The translations under genes were made by a program, and so were the position numbers. 24,095 nt of DNA, taken from the IMG/VR virus record IMGVR_UViG_3300044724_001160, positions 1 through 24,095 of that record. One strand, given 5' to 3'. The notes under the pieces were generated by a model that was given only the letters and a program-made list of their open reading frames with translations, was not told where the DNA came from and made no database searches. Within the stretch, counting starts at the first letter, position 1, and every line of letters starts with the position of its first letter. Positions 6,536 to 16,410 of the stretch are shown one piece after another. The DNA is from a virus. Lineage: Duplodnaviria; Caudoviricetes.

Positions 6536-7147
6536 TTAAATAGGTGTAGGCCATGCCGTAGCAATGGCAGGGTTAGCGACGGTTTCCATGACTGGATTAC
6601 CCGCTACTGGGTTAGCAACTGTCTCTCCAGCTTCGTTAGTAATCGTGTCAGGTTCAACAACACCTACCCCTTCAGAGTCAGTTTGTTGACGGGTAATAGT
6701 AGGTTGACCAAACAACAGCTCAATTAAAGCTGGTACATCAGCAACAGCATTGATCTCTGTCTGTCGTGTATTACATGCTGAACGAACAGCACCACGATAT
6801 GTAAGCCAAGCTGAAGCCACAGCTTGCCCCAATTCTGCAGCACGTGTAACACGCCAATCAGAAGGAGAAAGAAGTGAATCACAAATCTGAGATTGAGTTG
6901 CTTTCCATTGTGTCTTCAAGCCAGTAGTGGTGTTACCGTCTTCGTCAGTAACGTCGTTAAGTTGCTTGGGATTATCAACACCCCAGTAGAACCGTTGGTC
7001 ATACGTGGGGTCATTAGCAACTTCAGTAATACCTAGGGCTGTCTTCTCTTCAAGTGAAGCCAACCTCAGCCAATTAGCTGGATATTGAATTCCAGAATGA
7101 GTAAATGCCCGATCGTAAGATAGGGGCTTGTTATCTAGTTTAAGCAT
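6536..7147 (-). CDS. Putative tail fibre assembly chaperone, 203 aa
   Basis: 'QYPANWL...EEKTALGITEV...YD.RFYW' and 'LLSPSDWRVTR...WLTYRGAVRS' resemble phage tail-fibre assembly chaperones. Lies directly after the fibre gene. Confidence 0.65.
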   Translation of the reverse strand: MLKLDNKPLSYDRAFTHSGIQYPANWLRLASLEEKTALGITEVANDPTYDQRFYWGVDNPKQLNDVTDEDGNTTTGLKTQWKATQSQICDSLLSPSDWRVTRAAELGQAVASAWLTYRGAVRSACNTRQTEINAVADVPALIELLFGQPTITRQQTDSEGVGVVEPDTITNEAGETVANPVAGNPVMETVANPAIATAWPTPI

Positions 7148-7166
7148 AATTAATTAATTAGTTTGT

Positions 7167-9917
7167 TTAACGAGCAAGCCCGCCATTGCTGGCGAACGGG
7201 TGTTCTGCGAAGGCGGCGTAGATGTAGGTTCCACTGCTTGCATTTGTAGCCACACCTGTACCTCTGAACTTAAACCCGCTAGATGTTAAATCGACAAAAT
7301 TGTTAGTGATAGGGTTTAGCTCTGCCCCTGTAGTATTGGCAGCAATCGCCATTTCGACCGTATTAAAAGTTCCTCGAACAGAGTCATACACCCACCAATC
7401 ATCTGCAGCGTCAGTGCGTTTCACCAGGAGCCATGCTGGCCTAAACCCGGTAAACACAAACGGACCATCTGCAGATCCGTTGCCGGTGTATGAACCAAAC
7501 GAGCTATACCCTTCGACAGGTGCGAAGCAGTAGGCGATCATGTCTTCACCACTTGTGTTTACATCTGATCCATATACATAAAAAACAGACGACGTAGGCA
7601 ATGTTGCTGAACTGTTTGACTTAGCCGCTGTTAAGTTTAAATTTAGATAATCAAGGCTGCCGTCAATTAAATCTGTATATGCAAGCCAATTACGAGCACC
7701 GTCTCTTGATTTAAGGATATAAAATTCAGGTTTATCATTAAGACCGTGCCCGACACTGTCATTATTAGTCCCGCTTGCAGTCCAACTAACAATCGAGAAC
7801 CCAGCACTTGGGTTGGCTCTGACTTGTGAAGTTATGCTGCCGTCAGTGTTAGATACCGTCGATGTTCCGGCGTCCCACGCCCAACCAACAAGTTTTTCAC
7901 CGCCGCTTGGATTACTATTACCATCTCCGATAGTAAATCCATCAGAATCAAAACTAACAAATCCTGTTCTCGTATTTTCTGCATTTGTGTTATTTGTTGA
8001 AAGAGTTTTATCACCGCCTATAACAGAATTTGCCAATAAATGCCACTGACCGCTTTGGCTTATAATTTTCATCCAAGTAAAATCAGGTGAAAAATTGGTT
8101 GATATTAACCTATTAGATGTGCCGTCACCATTCCAAACATTCGTATCAAAATAAAGACTGCCATCCGCAATCGTTGAACTTAAATTTGCAGTATTGAGCG
8201 ACTTGTAGCCGCTTGGTGCGGTATAAGCGAAGGCACGTTGGCCGAAGTTTGTTGGGTAAGCTGCTCTTGCCACGTTTGAGCCCATTGCTGGTGTGACCGA
8301 AAGCCCAGGAGTAAAAGTAAAATGATCTGCTGTTTGTAAAACATTGTTTATGTATAGTTTTAAAGTTCCGTTGTCACAATCTAAAGCAAACCCTAAAATG
8401 TCTCCATTAGACATAGCGCCGACATTGCTGGCAGCAGCTCTGCCAAAAGGAGATTGAAAACTGAAAAGGCCCTGACCAGTAAATCCTGCTGTCCCTGCCA
8501 CACCGCCAAGGTAGGTTGCACTCGGTACAGCACCTGATGTTGCTATACCGCAAACATTATTAACTGCATCTGTTTTTGAAATTTCCCAATACCATTTACC
8601 ACTAGACACGTGAATAGTAGCTTTACTTATCCCAGCACCGGTCAGTGCATTGTCTAAATTTCCATTTGTAAGAACACTGTTACTAGCCTTATCTAGCGGA
8701 CTCCACGTCGCATAATTGCCCACGACTTCGCCGCCGGCTCCAGTGTCTGTCTGCGTGCCGTTGGTTGGTGAGTCAACTAGGGAGTCGTTACCTGCACCTG
8801 CAGCAACGCTTAAGTTATTAACAGTCCACGTATTACCGTTGGAACTTGTGTCCGTACCAAGCGCAGCGTTTGAACTGTTGTCCGCAAAGTCTAGGTGGAA
8901 GGAGTTTGCACCACTGTTATCAACAAGAATTGTACCTTGGTTTTTAAATGCAGTTACCTTCATTGTAGTTCCACTAGAAGGCTTAAGTTTAATATTAGAG
9001 ACACCACTAATATTACTTGTGGCAGTTGTGTAAGTATTTGCAGCTGAAGAAGTCCACGTTATGCCACCATCGAGAGAATACTGAGAGGTTGCGTTAGTAG
9101 CGTAAAATTCAAATGAGCCAGTAAGACTTAGTGACGACAAGTCGAATGTAATAATTTCGTCAGCAGTTGAAAGCTTGGCTCGAGTGCTAGTGCTGCCATC
9201 AAAAGCGTTTGTTGCGCCTTCTCCACTAACAAAACCACCAGGAGCAGAAAGGTAATTACTGTAAGTAATATTGGAAATATTATAGTTGCCTGTATATTTC
9301 TTCGGCTGCCACACACCGTTGTCATCAGTCTCACCAAAATCTGTTGGTGCTAATGCTTGACCATCGATAAAATGTACGTCGGCTAGGTAGCCGTCAAAAT
9401 TACTATCTGAAACACCAATGGCTGTACCAATTTCATGTGGCTGAGCAGCATTAACGTCAGTATCTGAGTTTTGAGGAGGATATGAACCAGATAAGCTTAT
9501 TTCTGCACCATTTACATACGCTTTTACTCGATCAGATGAAGTCGATTGCGTAGTGTCAAAGGCAACCACAATGTGATACCAAGCGCTCGGATCCCTAAAT
9601 AATGCATCAGAATCTAATTGATAAGCAGTTGTGCTTGTGTATCTAATATCAAGTTTGTCGCCACTGTCAAATCTAATAACAGTGTGGTCATCACCAGCTA
9701 CAAAATTGCCAAACAAAGAGTTAACGCCAGAGCGTGAAATAGAAGATCTTTTCACCCAACTGCTCCAAGTCCACGTTTTGCGATTACCTGCAGCACTTGG
9801 GGTGCGATTTAGATACGCAGAATCACCTGAGTTGAACCTAAGCGAACGTTCAATCTCGTAGCCACCACCTCCTTGTCCAGAGGCACCAGCTAGAATATTA
9901 TTAGATACTACACTCAT
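7167..9917 (-). CDS. Receptor-binding/tail fibre protein with concanavalin A-like (LamG) and SPRY-like domains, 916 aa
   Basis: LamG-type 'SLRFNSGDSAYL...TWTWSSWVKR...AWYHIVVAFD...YVNG...FDGYLADVHFIDGQAL'. SPRY-like 'SSGKWYWE...GDILGFALDCDNGTLKLYIN'. Repeated C-terminal 'YTGNG...GF.P...' modules ending 'YIYAAFAE.PF'. Confidence 0.8.
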   Translation of the reverse strand: MSVVSNNILAGASGQGGGGYEIERSLRFNSGDSAYLNRTPSAAGNRKTWTWSSWVKRSSISRSGVNSLFGNFVAGDDHTVIRFDSGDKLDIRYTSTTAYQLDSDALFRDPSAWYHIVVAFDTTQSTSSDRVKAYVNGAEISLSGSYPPQNSDTDVNAAQPHEIGTAIGVSDSNFDGYLADVHFIDGQALAPTDFGETDDNGVWQPKKYTGNYNISNITYSNYLSAPGGFVSGEGATNAFDGSTSTRAKLSTADEIITFDLSSLSLTGSFEFYATNATSQYSLDGGITWTSSAANTYTTATSNISGVSNIKLKPSSGTTMKVTAFKNQGTILVDNSGANSFHLDFADNSSNAALGTDTSSNGNTWTVNNLSVAAGAGNDSLVDSPTNGTQTDTGAGGEVVGNYATWSPLDKASNSVLTNGNLDNALTGAGISKATIHVSSGKWYWEISKTDAVNNVCGIATSGAVPSATYLGGVAGTAGFTGQGLFSFQSPFGRAAASNVGAMSNGDILGFALDCDNGTLKLYINNVLQTADHFTFTPGLSVTPAMGSNVARAAYPTNFGQRAFAYTAPSGYKSLNTANLSSTIADGSLYFDTNVWNGDGTSNRLISTNFSPDFTWMKIISQSGQWHLLANSVIGGDKTLSTNNTNAENTRTGFVSFDSDGFTIGDGNSNPSGGEKLVGWAWDAGTSTVSNTDGSITSQVRANPSAGFSIVSWTASGTNNDSVGHGLNDKPEFYILKSRDGARNWLAYTDLIDGSLDYLNLNLTAAKSNSSATLPTSSVFYVYGSDVNTSGEDMIAYCFAPVEGYSSFGSYTGNGSADGPFVFTGFRPAWLLVKRTDAADDWWVYDSVRGTFNTVEMAIAANTTGAELNPITNNFVDLTSSGFKFRGTGVATNASSGTYIYAAFAEHPFASNGGLAR

Positions 9918-10447
9918 GAATACAATGCAGTAAAGACTGTATGAATTGAGGTAGCACTACGCACGATGTAATCAATACGATCTACAGAACTAGCTGCAGT
10001 CGATAGTGTGGGTGCAGTACCTCCAACAAAGTCCCAATATGATCCCCACGCTGCAGTACGTGAACCTGTTCCATCCTGGACAAGAAAGATAGAACCAGAT
10101 TGACCTGCAGTTAGGTTAGTTGGGTTAGCAATTGTTAGGTTTTGATCAAGCGTTAAACTGTAGTTATTAGATGTTGCAAAGTCAGGCGTTACAGTTGCAC
10201 CAGATGTCAACGTAGTAATCGTTGCACGTTGAGCAGCAGTAAACGTCTGTGCAGCATCTGTTACAGCATTAGTAGCTGGTAATGTAGCTTGTGTACTGAC
10301 AAGGGCTGCCCCTTCTTTAACGTACAGTTTGTCTTGGTCTGTTGCATAGCAAATCTCTCCTTCTTGGATGTCTGCTATAGAGCTATTAAGATTAGAATAT
10401 GTTCCTCGTGCAACGCGCAGAGGAGTCCGATTAGCAGGTGTTGGCAT
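9914..10447 (-). CDS. Tail fibre/adaptor subunit with Mtd-N-like N-terminal domain, 177 aa
   Basis: 'LRVARGT...IQEGEICYATDQDKLYV' resembles the major-tropism-determinant N-terminal motif. 'AQTFTAAQR...GQSGSIFLVQDGTGSRT...GGTAPTLST...VDRIDY' is a fibre beta-domain common in marine phages. TAATG and ATGA overlaps with neighbours. Confidence 0.7.
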   Translation of the reverse strand: MPTPANRTPLRVARGTYSNLNSSIADIQEGEICYATDQDKLYVKEGAALVSTQATLPATNAVTDAAQTFTAAQRATITTLTSGATVTPDFATSNNYSLTLDQNLTIANPTNLTAGQSGSIFLVQDGTGSRTAAWGSYWDFVGGTAPTLSTAASSVDRIDYIVRSATSIHTVFTALYS

Positions 10448-12411
10448 TAGAATGATCCTCCGTCAAATGTTGTTGATGTTGATACAAGGGATGAACCGTT
10501 AGCAAAGTTACCGCCATCGCAAATGGCAATGACTTCAGCAGTATCTACAGTCCACTTGGATGTTGCAGTTTTATATCTAAGAACTTGGTTGTTAGCGATA
10601 GGTTCTACACCGTTAACAATTGCAGAGGAAGTAAGTGTTACAGACGTGCAACTGCCATGGTCGTAGTACATGTTACTACTAAATTCAATAACACTTACTC
10701 CTGCTTGAACGACGGTACTACTAGCTGCTGTTACAACTGTAAGTCCATTTTGTGCAATAGTGTTACCGTTAGTCAAAAGCCAACTAATATCGACGGTATC
10801 TCCAACCGATAGGCTATTCATAATAGCAACTACACTGCTATTAAGTGTGCTGTAAGTAAAATTAGCGTTGGCAGTAGTAGTGTTAAATCCAAAACCAGGT
10901 CCAGAAGAAGCGGCTGCATTACCTGGATCATTAAACGTTAACGAATTACTTGTTGGCTTATAAGCAAAGTCAGTTTGCGTAATAATCGAAGAAATTGTAT
11001 CCCCAAAGCTAAGTACACCACTTCCATCTGTCTTCAATACTTGCCCACTTGTACCGGTATTATTAGGTAGTGTCAGTGTATAGTTAGCACCTGCACTATG
11101 TGGTGGTCCTTTGATCTTAATACCGTGAGAGTTGTTCTCACAGTTAAGAGTTAGTTCACCACTACCATTTGTACCATCTCCTTTGACAATAACATTATCA
11201 TCAAAGCTAACAGCACCAGTAAAGGTACCACCAGCCAGTGGCATCTTGGTAGCAAGTGTAGTTACGTTTGCTGCAATATTAGTAACATTAGTAGCAATAT
11301 TGGTAGTATTAGTATTACCATTTGCTTTAGTAAAATACCTATCCTCTGGATCATTAGCAAAGTAATCAACCCAGTTCCAGGTTGAACCTGAAGAACTATA
11401 TTGAATACGTGCTGTAAGACCAGAACTACCAGTAAAGCCAACTGGATAACCAGTCAACGGTGTAAAGCTTTGGATACCCGTTGAATCAGCTACTTCGACT
11501 CGATCGTTATCACTAGGAGACGATGGAATGCCTGCTACGTTAGCAACAGGTGAATAGAAAGCAGCACCAGCCACAGCACTCTGAGCTGCGTTAGCAGTAG
11601 CCACAGCAGCCGTAGCATTAGTGTTTGCAGTATTAGCAGTAGTTACCGCAGCAGTAGCATTTGTGTCTGCTGTATTAGCTGTAGTAACAGCACCGTTAGC
11701 TGTACTAGTGGCAGTCGCTGCATTAGCAAGAGCCGTATTAGCAGTTGTGGTTGCAGAGTTAGCAGTTGTAATTGCAGTAGCAGCATCTGTAGCTGCAGAG
11801 TTTGCAGTATTTACAGCAGTAGTTGCATTAGTAGATGCAGTATTTGCTGTATTTACAGCTGCAGTAGCGTTAGTCGAAGCTGTGTTAGCCGTGTTAACAG
11901 CAGCTGTAGCATTTGCTGATGCTGTATTAGCAGTGGTTACAGCAGTATTAGAGTTAGTTTCAGCAGTATTGGCAGTAGCAACAGCAGCATCAGATTTAGT
12001 ATTAGCTGAGTTAGCCGTTGTCACTGCACCGTTAGCAGTCGTTACAGCAGAGTTTGCCGTAGTAACAGCTCCATTAGCAGTAGATGTAGCAGCCGCAGCT
12101 TCATTATCAGACTCTTGTGTAACGTATAAGTTTTGAGTAAAGTTGTTATTTAAATCCTCAGCTTTAATGGCGGAACCTGAGAAGAAAGTAGAACTAAGAG
12201 TATCGATAACAGTATCACGATAAATACGAATAGCGACACCATTAGCAGGTGCTGTAGTGAATGCCAGCGTTGTAGCGTTAGCAAATGTAAATGCAGTTGT
12301 AGCAACTGTGTCAAGTGTTACCTTAACATCAGCTTGTTTCAAATATTCAAATGTAAATGAATAGTTCGTTGTAGAACCATTCCCTGTATATGTAGTTTGT
12401 GTAATTGCCAT
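10447..12411 (-). CDS. Tail fibre protein (T7 gp17-type N-terminal attachment domain), 654 aa
   Basis: N-terminal 'YTGNGSTTNYSFTFEYL...DVKVTLD...APANGVAIRIYRDT...F..GSAIKAEDLNNNFTQNLYVTQE' is the T7 tail-fibre anchor. It is followed by an Ala/Thr/Asn heptad coiled coil, 'KMPLAGGTFTG', 'YTLTLP...GTSGQVLKTDGSG' and a C-terminal DGGSF. Confidence 0.92.
   Translation of the reverse strand: MAITQTTYTGNGSTTNYSFTFEYLKQADVKVTLDTVATTAFTFANATTLAFTTAPANGVAIRIYRDTVIDTLSSTFFSGSAIKAEDLNNNFTQNLYVTQESDNEAAAATSTANGAVTTANSAVTTANGAVTTANSANTKSDAAVATANTAETNSNTAVTTANTASANATAAVNTANTASTNATAAVNTANTASTNATTAVNTANSAATDAATAITTANSATTTANTALANAATATSTANGAVTTANTADTNATAAVTTANTANTNATAAVATANAAQSAVAGAAFYSPVANVAGIPSSPSDNDRVEVADSTGIQSFTPLTGYPVGFTGSSGLTARIQYSSSGSTWNWVDYFANDPEDRYFTKANGNTNTTNIATNVTNIAANVTTLATKMPLAGGTFTGAVSFDDNVIVKGDGTNGSGELTLNCENNSHGIKIKGPPHSAGANYTLTLPNNTGTSGQVLKTDGSGVLSFGDTISSIITQTDFAYKPTSNSLTFNDPGNAAASSGPGFGFNTTTANANFTYSTLNSSVVAIMNSLSVGDTVDISWLLTNGNTIAQNGLTVVTAASSTVVQAGVSVIEFSSNMYYDHGSCTSVTLTSSAIVNGVEPIANNQVLRYKTATSKWTVDTAEVIAICDGGNFANGSSLVSTSTTFDGGSF
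11574..12099 (-). repeat. Coding tandem repeat, 21/42-nt units encoding TAN-based heptads (e.g. TANTASTNATAAVN)
   Basis: About 175 aa of near-periodic AVxTANx heptads visible in the translation and as recurring 'gcagt/attagc' words in the DNA. Interpreted as a trimeric coiled-coil shaft. Confidence 0.85.
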
Positions 12412-15400
12412 TAGTAACGATTCGTTGGGATAATTCCTAGTTCGGCATTTCTATCGTTTTGTTTCTTTATATTAATACGCTGTTGAATAGCATCTTGCAT
12501 TTCAGAATCTAATTGCAAGAATGCAGATTCTTCAGCTTTTTTCTGTGCCCTATTTAATTCCATATGGAATTCTATCATACTTACCAATAGGAACAGTTTC
12601 AGAATCAATACGATTTCTACGGGCTTCTTTTAATTCTTGTATTGTATTACGTGATTCAGCTAATTTAGAAATACGTTTAATTTCATTTCTAAAGTAACCA
12701 TTTTCTCCCATGAGTTGGAATAGTTTAGCACGCTCATCATATTCTAGTTCAACACCATTACGTGTTTTAAATGCAGATGAAACATCATATTCAATGTCAT
12801 ACAAGAACTTTTCTTCTGGACTCATTGCTGGATGAATCTTAAGTGGTGAGTGCTGATTCCAAAGACGTTGTAAGAAAGTATATTTATTTGGAGCTTTACC
12901 TGTAACAGGACTAACAATAGTAGGTAGACGGTTGATAGGATCAAATACACCAAGAATTTGATTACGGTTTGCAATATGAGACATAATATCATTATTAATC
13001 TCTTTTAAACCACCATCAAGTAATTGACCGATTTGATTACGAGCACCACCAAGTGGACCAAGTGAACTAATTTGACCAGCAGCAAAACGATTAATTTGAT
13101 AAGTATTACCAGCAAACATTTCTACAACAGGTGTTAAAATAGAAGCAGCTTGGTTATCTGCCATCGCTGCACCTAAAACAAACACTGCTTTTTCAAGCAT
13201 TTGTTCAGTAAAAGTCTGACCAAGTAAATCAAAGTTATCAGCAATGTTAGCGACAGTTGCTACCCAATTACTCATACCAGGACCAAGAAGCTCATTATAT
13301 TCAACACGTGTACCATCGTCAAGAACAACAGAACGTGGTTTAAAGTTACTATTCTTTTGACGTGCTTTATTTAGTCCACGATCAAAAGTACCATCACCTG
13401 TTGTACTATAAAAACCATCACCAAAGAAACGATCTTTTAATACATTAAAAAGAACTGTATAAGTAATAGCAGTAGAAATACCTCGCCTACCAAGAGTTCT
13501 ATTTTTTACATCAGAGATAGCGTTTAACTTAGCAACGTCATCCATTTGATTTAATTTATAACCACGTTTACCTAGAACTTTTTCCATTAGTTCTGGGTTC
13601 TCCATAAAAGTTTGAAAAGGAGTATAGACTAAATCATTAATATCTTCTTGAAAACTTCTAAACGGAAAAGGAACAGTTTCATCAGCTATCCTAAATATAT
13701 TTGTTAAAGTTGTAGGGAAGGTTAAAATTGGAACAGCGCCTGGTACATACCTAAGAAATTCATTTAAACCTCTAGTAATACGTGAATCTAAGTTAAGAGC
13801 AATATCTGAATTCCTGTATTTAACAACCTGATCTTTAATAAGTTCATCCTTACCAAACATACTATTATATTCAGAACTAGCAATCTCCTTGATTCTAGCT
13901 GGTGTTGCAGCTTCTCCTAATCTTTCTAATTCATCCATAGCACGAAAACGTGCTTCTTGATTAGCAATAGTAGCACCATTCCAACCATCTAATGCTGTAA
14001 ATGAATTTGCTGTTAATCTGAAAATAGGATCAGATTCCATTGCTTTTAAACCATCATGATAGTTTATAAGAAATTTAAATGCATGATTACCTCTAGCTGC
14101 CTCAGCATCAGCAATAGCACGATGTTGTACTGCTAACTCGTCTTGTTTAATCATATAATCAAGACGTGTTTGGCTTTTTACAGAATTAGGATTCTGTGAT
14201 GCTTTCATAAACAACTTACCAGCATATGGTAAAGCTTTCTTTTGTGTTTCAAAGATAGAATTGTAAGCCATCCAACCACGTTGCACGTCTTTTAATTTAC
14301 CTCGCATCATTGCACCAGCAAAATAAGCAATAGGTTGTTCTATACTACCAGAGAAGTTACCATAAAGTGCTTTAGCTGCACTAGTAGTTCCTGATAATAT
14401 ACTGTTAAAGTAATTACCTTTTACAGCCTGCATTATAAGATTTGGTGCGTCTGGATCCGTATCAATAACAGGACGCAGGTAAACATAAGACTTTAAGATG
14501 CTATCATTTAAAGTAGAAATAGAATGAATTTTACCATCAGTTTTTTCATACAACTCAAGAAATGCATCTAAAATATCAGGTCTATTTTTCTGTAGATATT
14601 CCCAACTTTCAGTAAACAACTCACTTTCAGTTTGAATTTCTTTTAAAACTTGAGGGTAAGCATCACTAATAGATTGAGCAATCTGTTCAGGTGATTTACC
14701 AAAGTTTTTAATTCTTTCTGCAACTGCTAAGAAACCACGTTTTTGAGTTGTGTAATATCTAGTAGAACCTATAAGTTGTTGAAAAAATTTGATCTTATCA
14801 AGAAGTTTTTCTTTAGCAGCTTCTTCAGAAATAGAACCTAAATTAAGACGGATACCTTCAGACAAATCAGCAATCTGTCCAGCCATAGATGTAGCAGTAT
14901 AAGCTTGTGCTCTTGCTATATCCATATCAGTATATTCTTTAGCCATCTTACTGATAGAACGTAATGCTCCTTTATAACCTTCTTCAGTTAATATTTCAGC
15001 ACCAAACTCATTAATACTAATAGTTGGTTCGAGAACACGTTTAATGTCATCTATACTAGCAGAAGGGTCAAACAGTTCTACAACTAGATTATCACCTTGT
15101 TCTAGAACTTCATCAAAAGTAACAGACCAATCTGCTGCTTGCATACCGTAACGGTCAGCTTCTTTTAGTTGTTGAGTAAGACCAATAGTAATTTCTTCTA
15201 CACCACCAGGTGTTTCTGTACCATACTTAAGGGCAGGTTCACTGATAAAATTACCTAGACGACCATACACTGTACCTTTGTTACGAGCAATACGTGCTGC
15301 ATCAATACTAGCACCAACAATACCAAAGTCATCAACTGACCGCATACCTGTTTCTCTGAAGTCATACAAATCATGTACACCCTTCATAGGGATGTTAGTA

Positions 15401-16401
15401 TCAGAGTTCTTAGACATATTATAATATCCAAGTTCATCTAGATCAGCTTGTTGTTTAGCAACATACTGTTCTAATGCTTCCTCTACATTATCACTTCTAG
15501 GAGGAGGTGCAATTTCAGCAAGGCGTTTTACTGCTTGAGGAGTCTCCCCTACTATTACAGGTTCCTTAAATATCCGCTTCATTTCTTCAAAAGAAGAACC
15601 CATTTTTTTGACAAAAGGTAGAAATGGAATAAGAAAACCAAGTGCTAGATCTTCATTAATATTTTTTTGACGGCGTTCATCTGTACCATCAGTATCAAGT
15701 GTTGCCCAATTATCAGGAATAAAATCATACTGAGGGGGTATCATTTTTTTAATACTACCTAAGAAGTTATCACCTTCTTCATAAGGAGAGGCAAAGCGTC
15801 CAACTGCTAATGATGATCCTGCTTCTACACCCCTAGCACCAATAAATTTCATAAAGGCTGATTCACCTATTTTAGAGCCAACTCTAGCTTGAGCTGCCGC
15901 ACCAGCTGACATACCAGCATTTTGTAGTAAAATAGTAGGTGCTACAACAGCAGAGATGTCTCTTGTTACTTGAGCTAATGAGTCTTCATATTTTGTAGCT
16001 TTAGGAATTTGAGGTGCATCTAAACCTCTCATAATATATTTAGATGCAACATTTAATGCATTTGTAGCAGTATCAATTAAACCTTGACCTGGTGCACTTA
16101 AACGTTCTTTAACTTGTTCATTGGTTTCTTCAAGGGGTTGACCAAAGTAGCTAAGACCTTGTAAAAAACCTGGTTCTTGTTTGCCCCCACCCGTAGGTTG
16201 AGGTTCTGGTTGTGTAGACTCTGGTTGTACTTCCGTAGAAGGTTGAATAGATTCAGGTTCAAGTTCCAACTCCTGCTCTTGAGCAGCTGCTTGCCTTTGC
16301 TGAATGTCAAAAATTTGAGCATTTGAAAGGGTTCGTTGTTCCTCTTGTCTTTCGTATTCAATCTTTTCGTCTACACTAGAGTTCTCTGAAGGATCATTCA
16401 T
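12411..16401 (-). CDS. Internal virion protein, gp16-like; frameshifted near the 3' end (1283 aa as read, 1329 aa if one base is removed at ~12567-12570)
   Basis: Large helical protein between the gp15-like gene and the tail fibre. The main frame stops at 12550 (YDRIPYGIK*), but the +1 frame continues HMELNRAQKKAEESAF...PTNRY* to a TAA that overlaps the tail-fibre ATG (TAATG at 12409-12413). Confidence 0.75.
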
Positions 16402-16410
16402 TGTGTGTTT

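Noticed and set aside
6545-6680. Duplicated ETVANP peptide in the chaperone C-terminus
   Set aside because: Two short copies in a low-complexity tail; too little to support a function.
9914-10447. Diversity-generating retroelement suggested by the Mtd-N-like domain
   Set aside because: No reverse transcriptase and no template/variable repeat pair seen in the window. Mtd-N is a generic fibre module.
11574-12099. CRISPR-like array
   Set aside because: Repeats are in-frame, degenerate at third codon positions and have no unique spacers.
11621-12136. 171-aa plus-strand Ala/Val-rich ORF
   Set aside because: Antisense shadow of the TAN repeat in the tail fibre; the repeat codons give no stops on the opposite strand.
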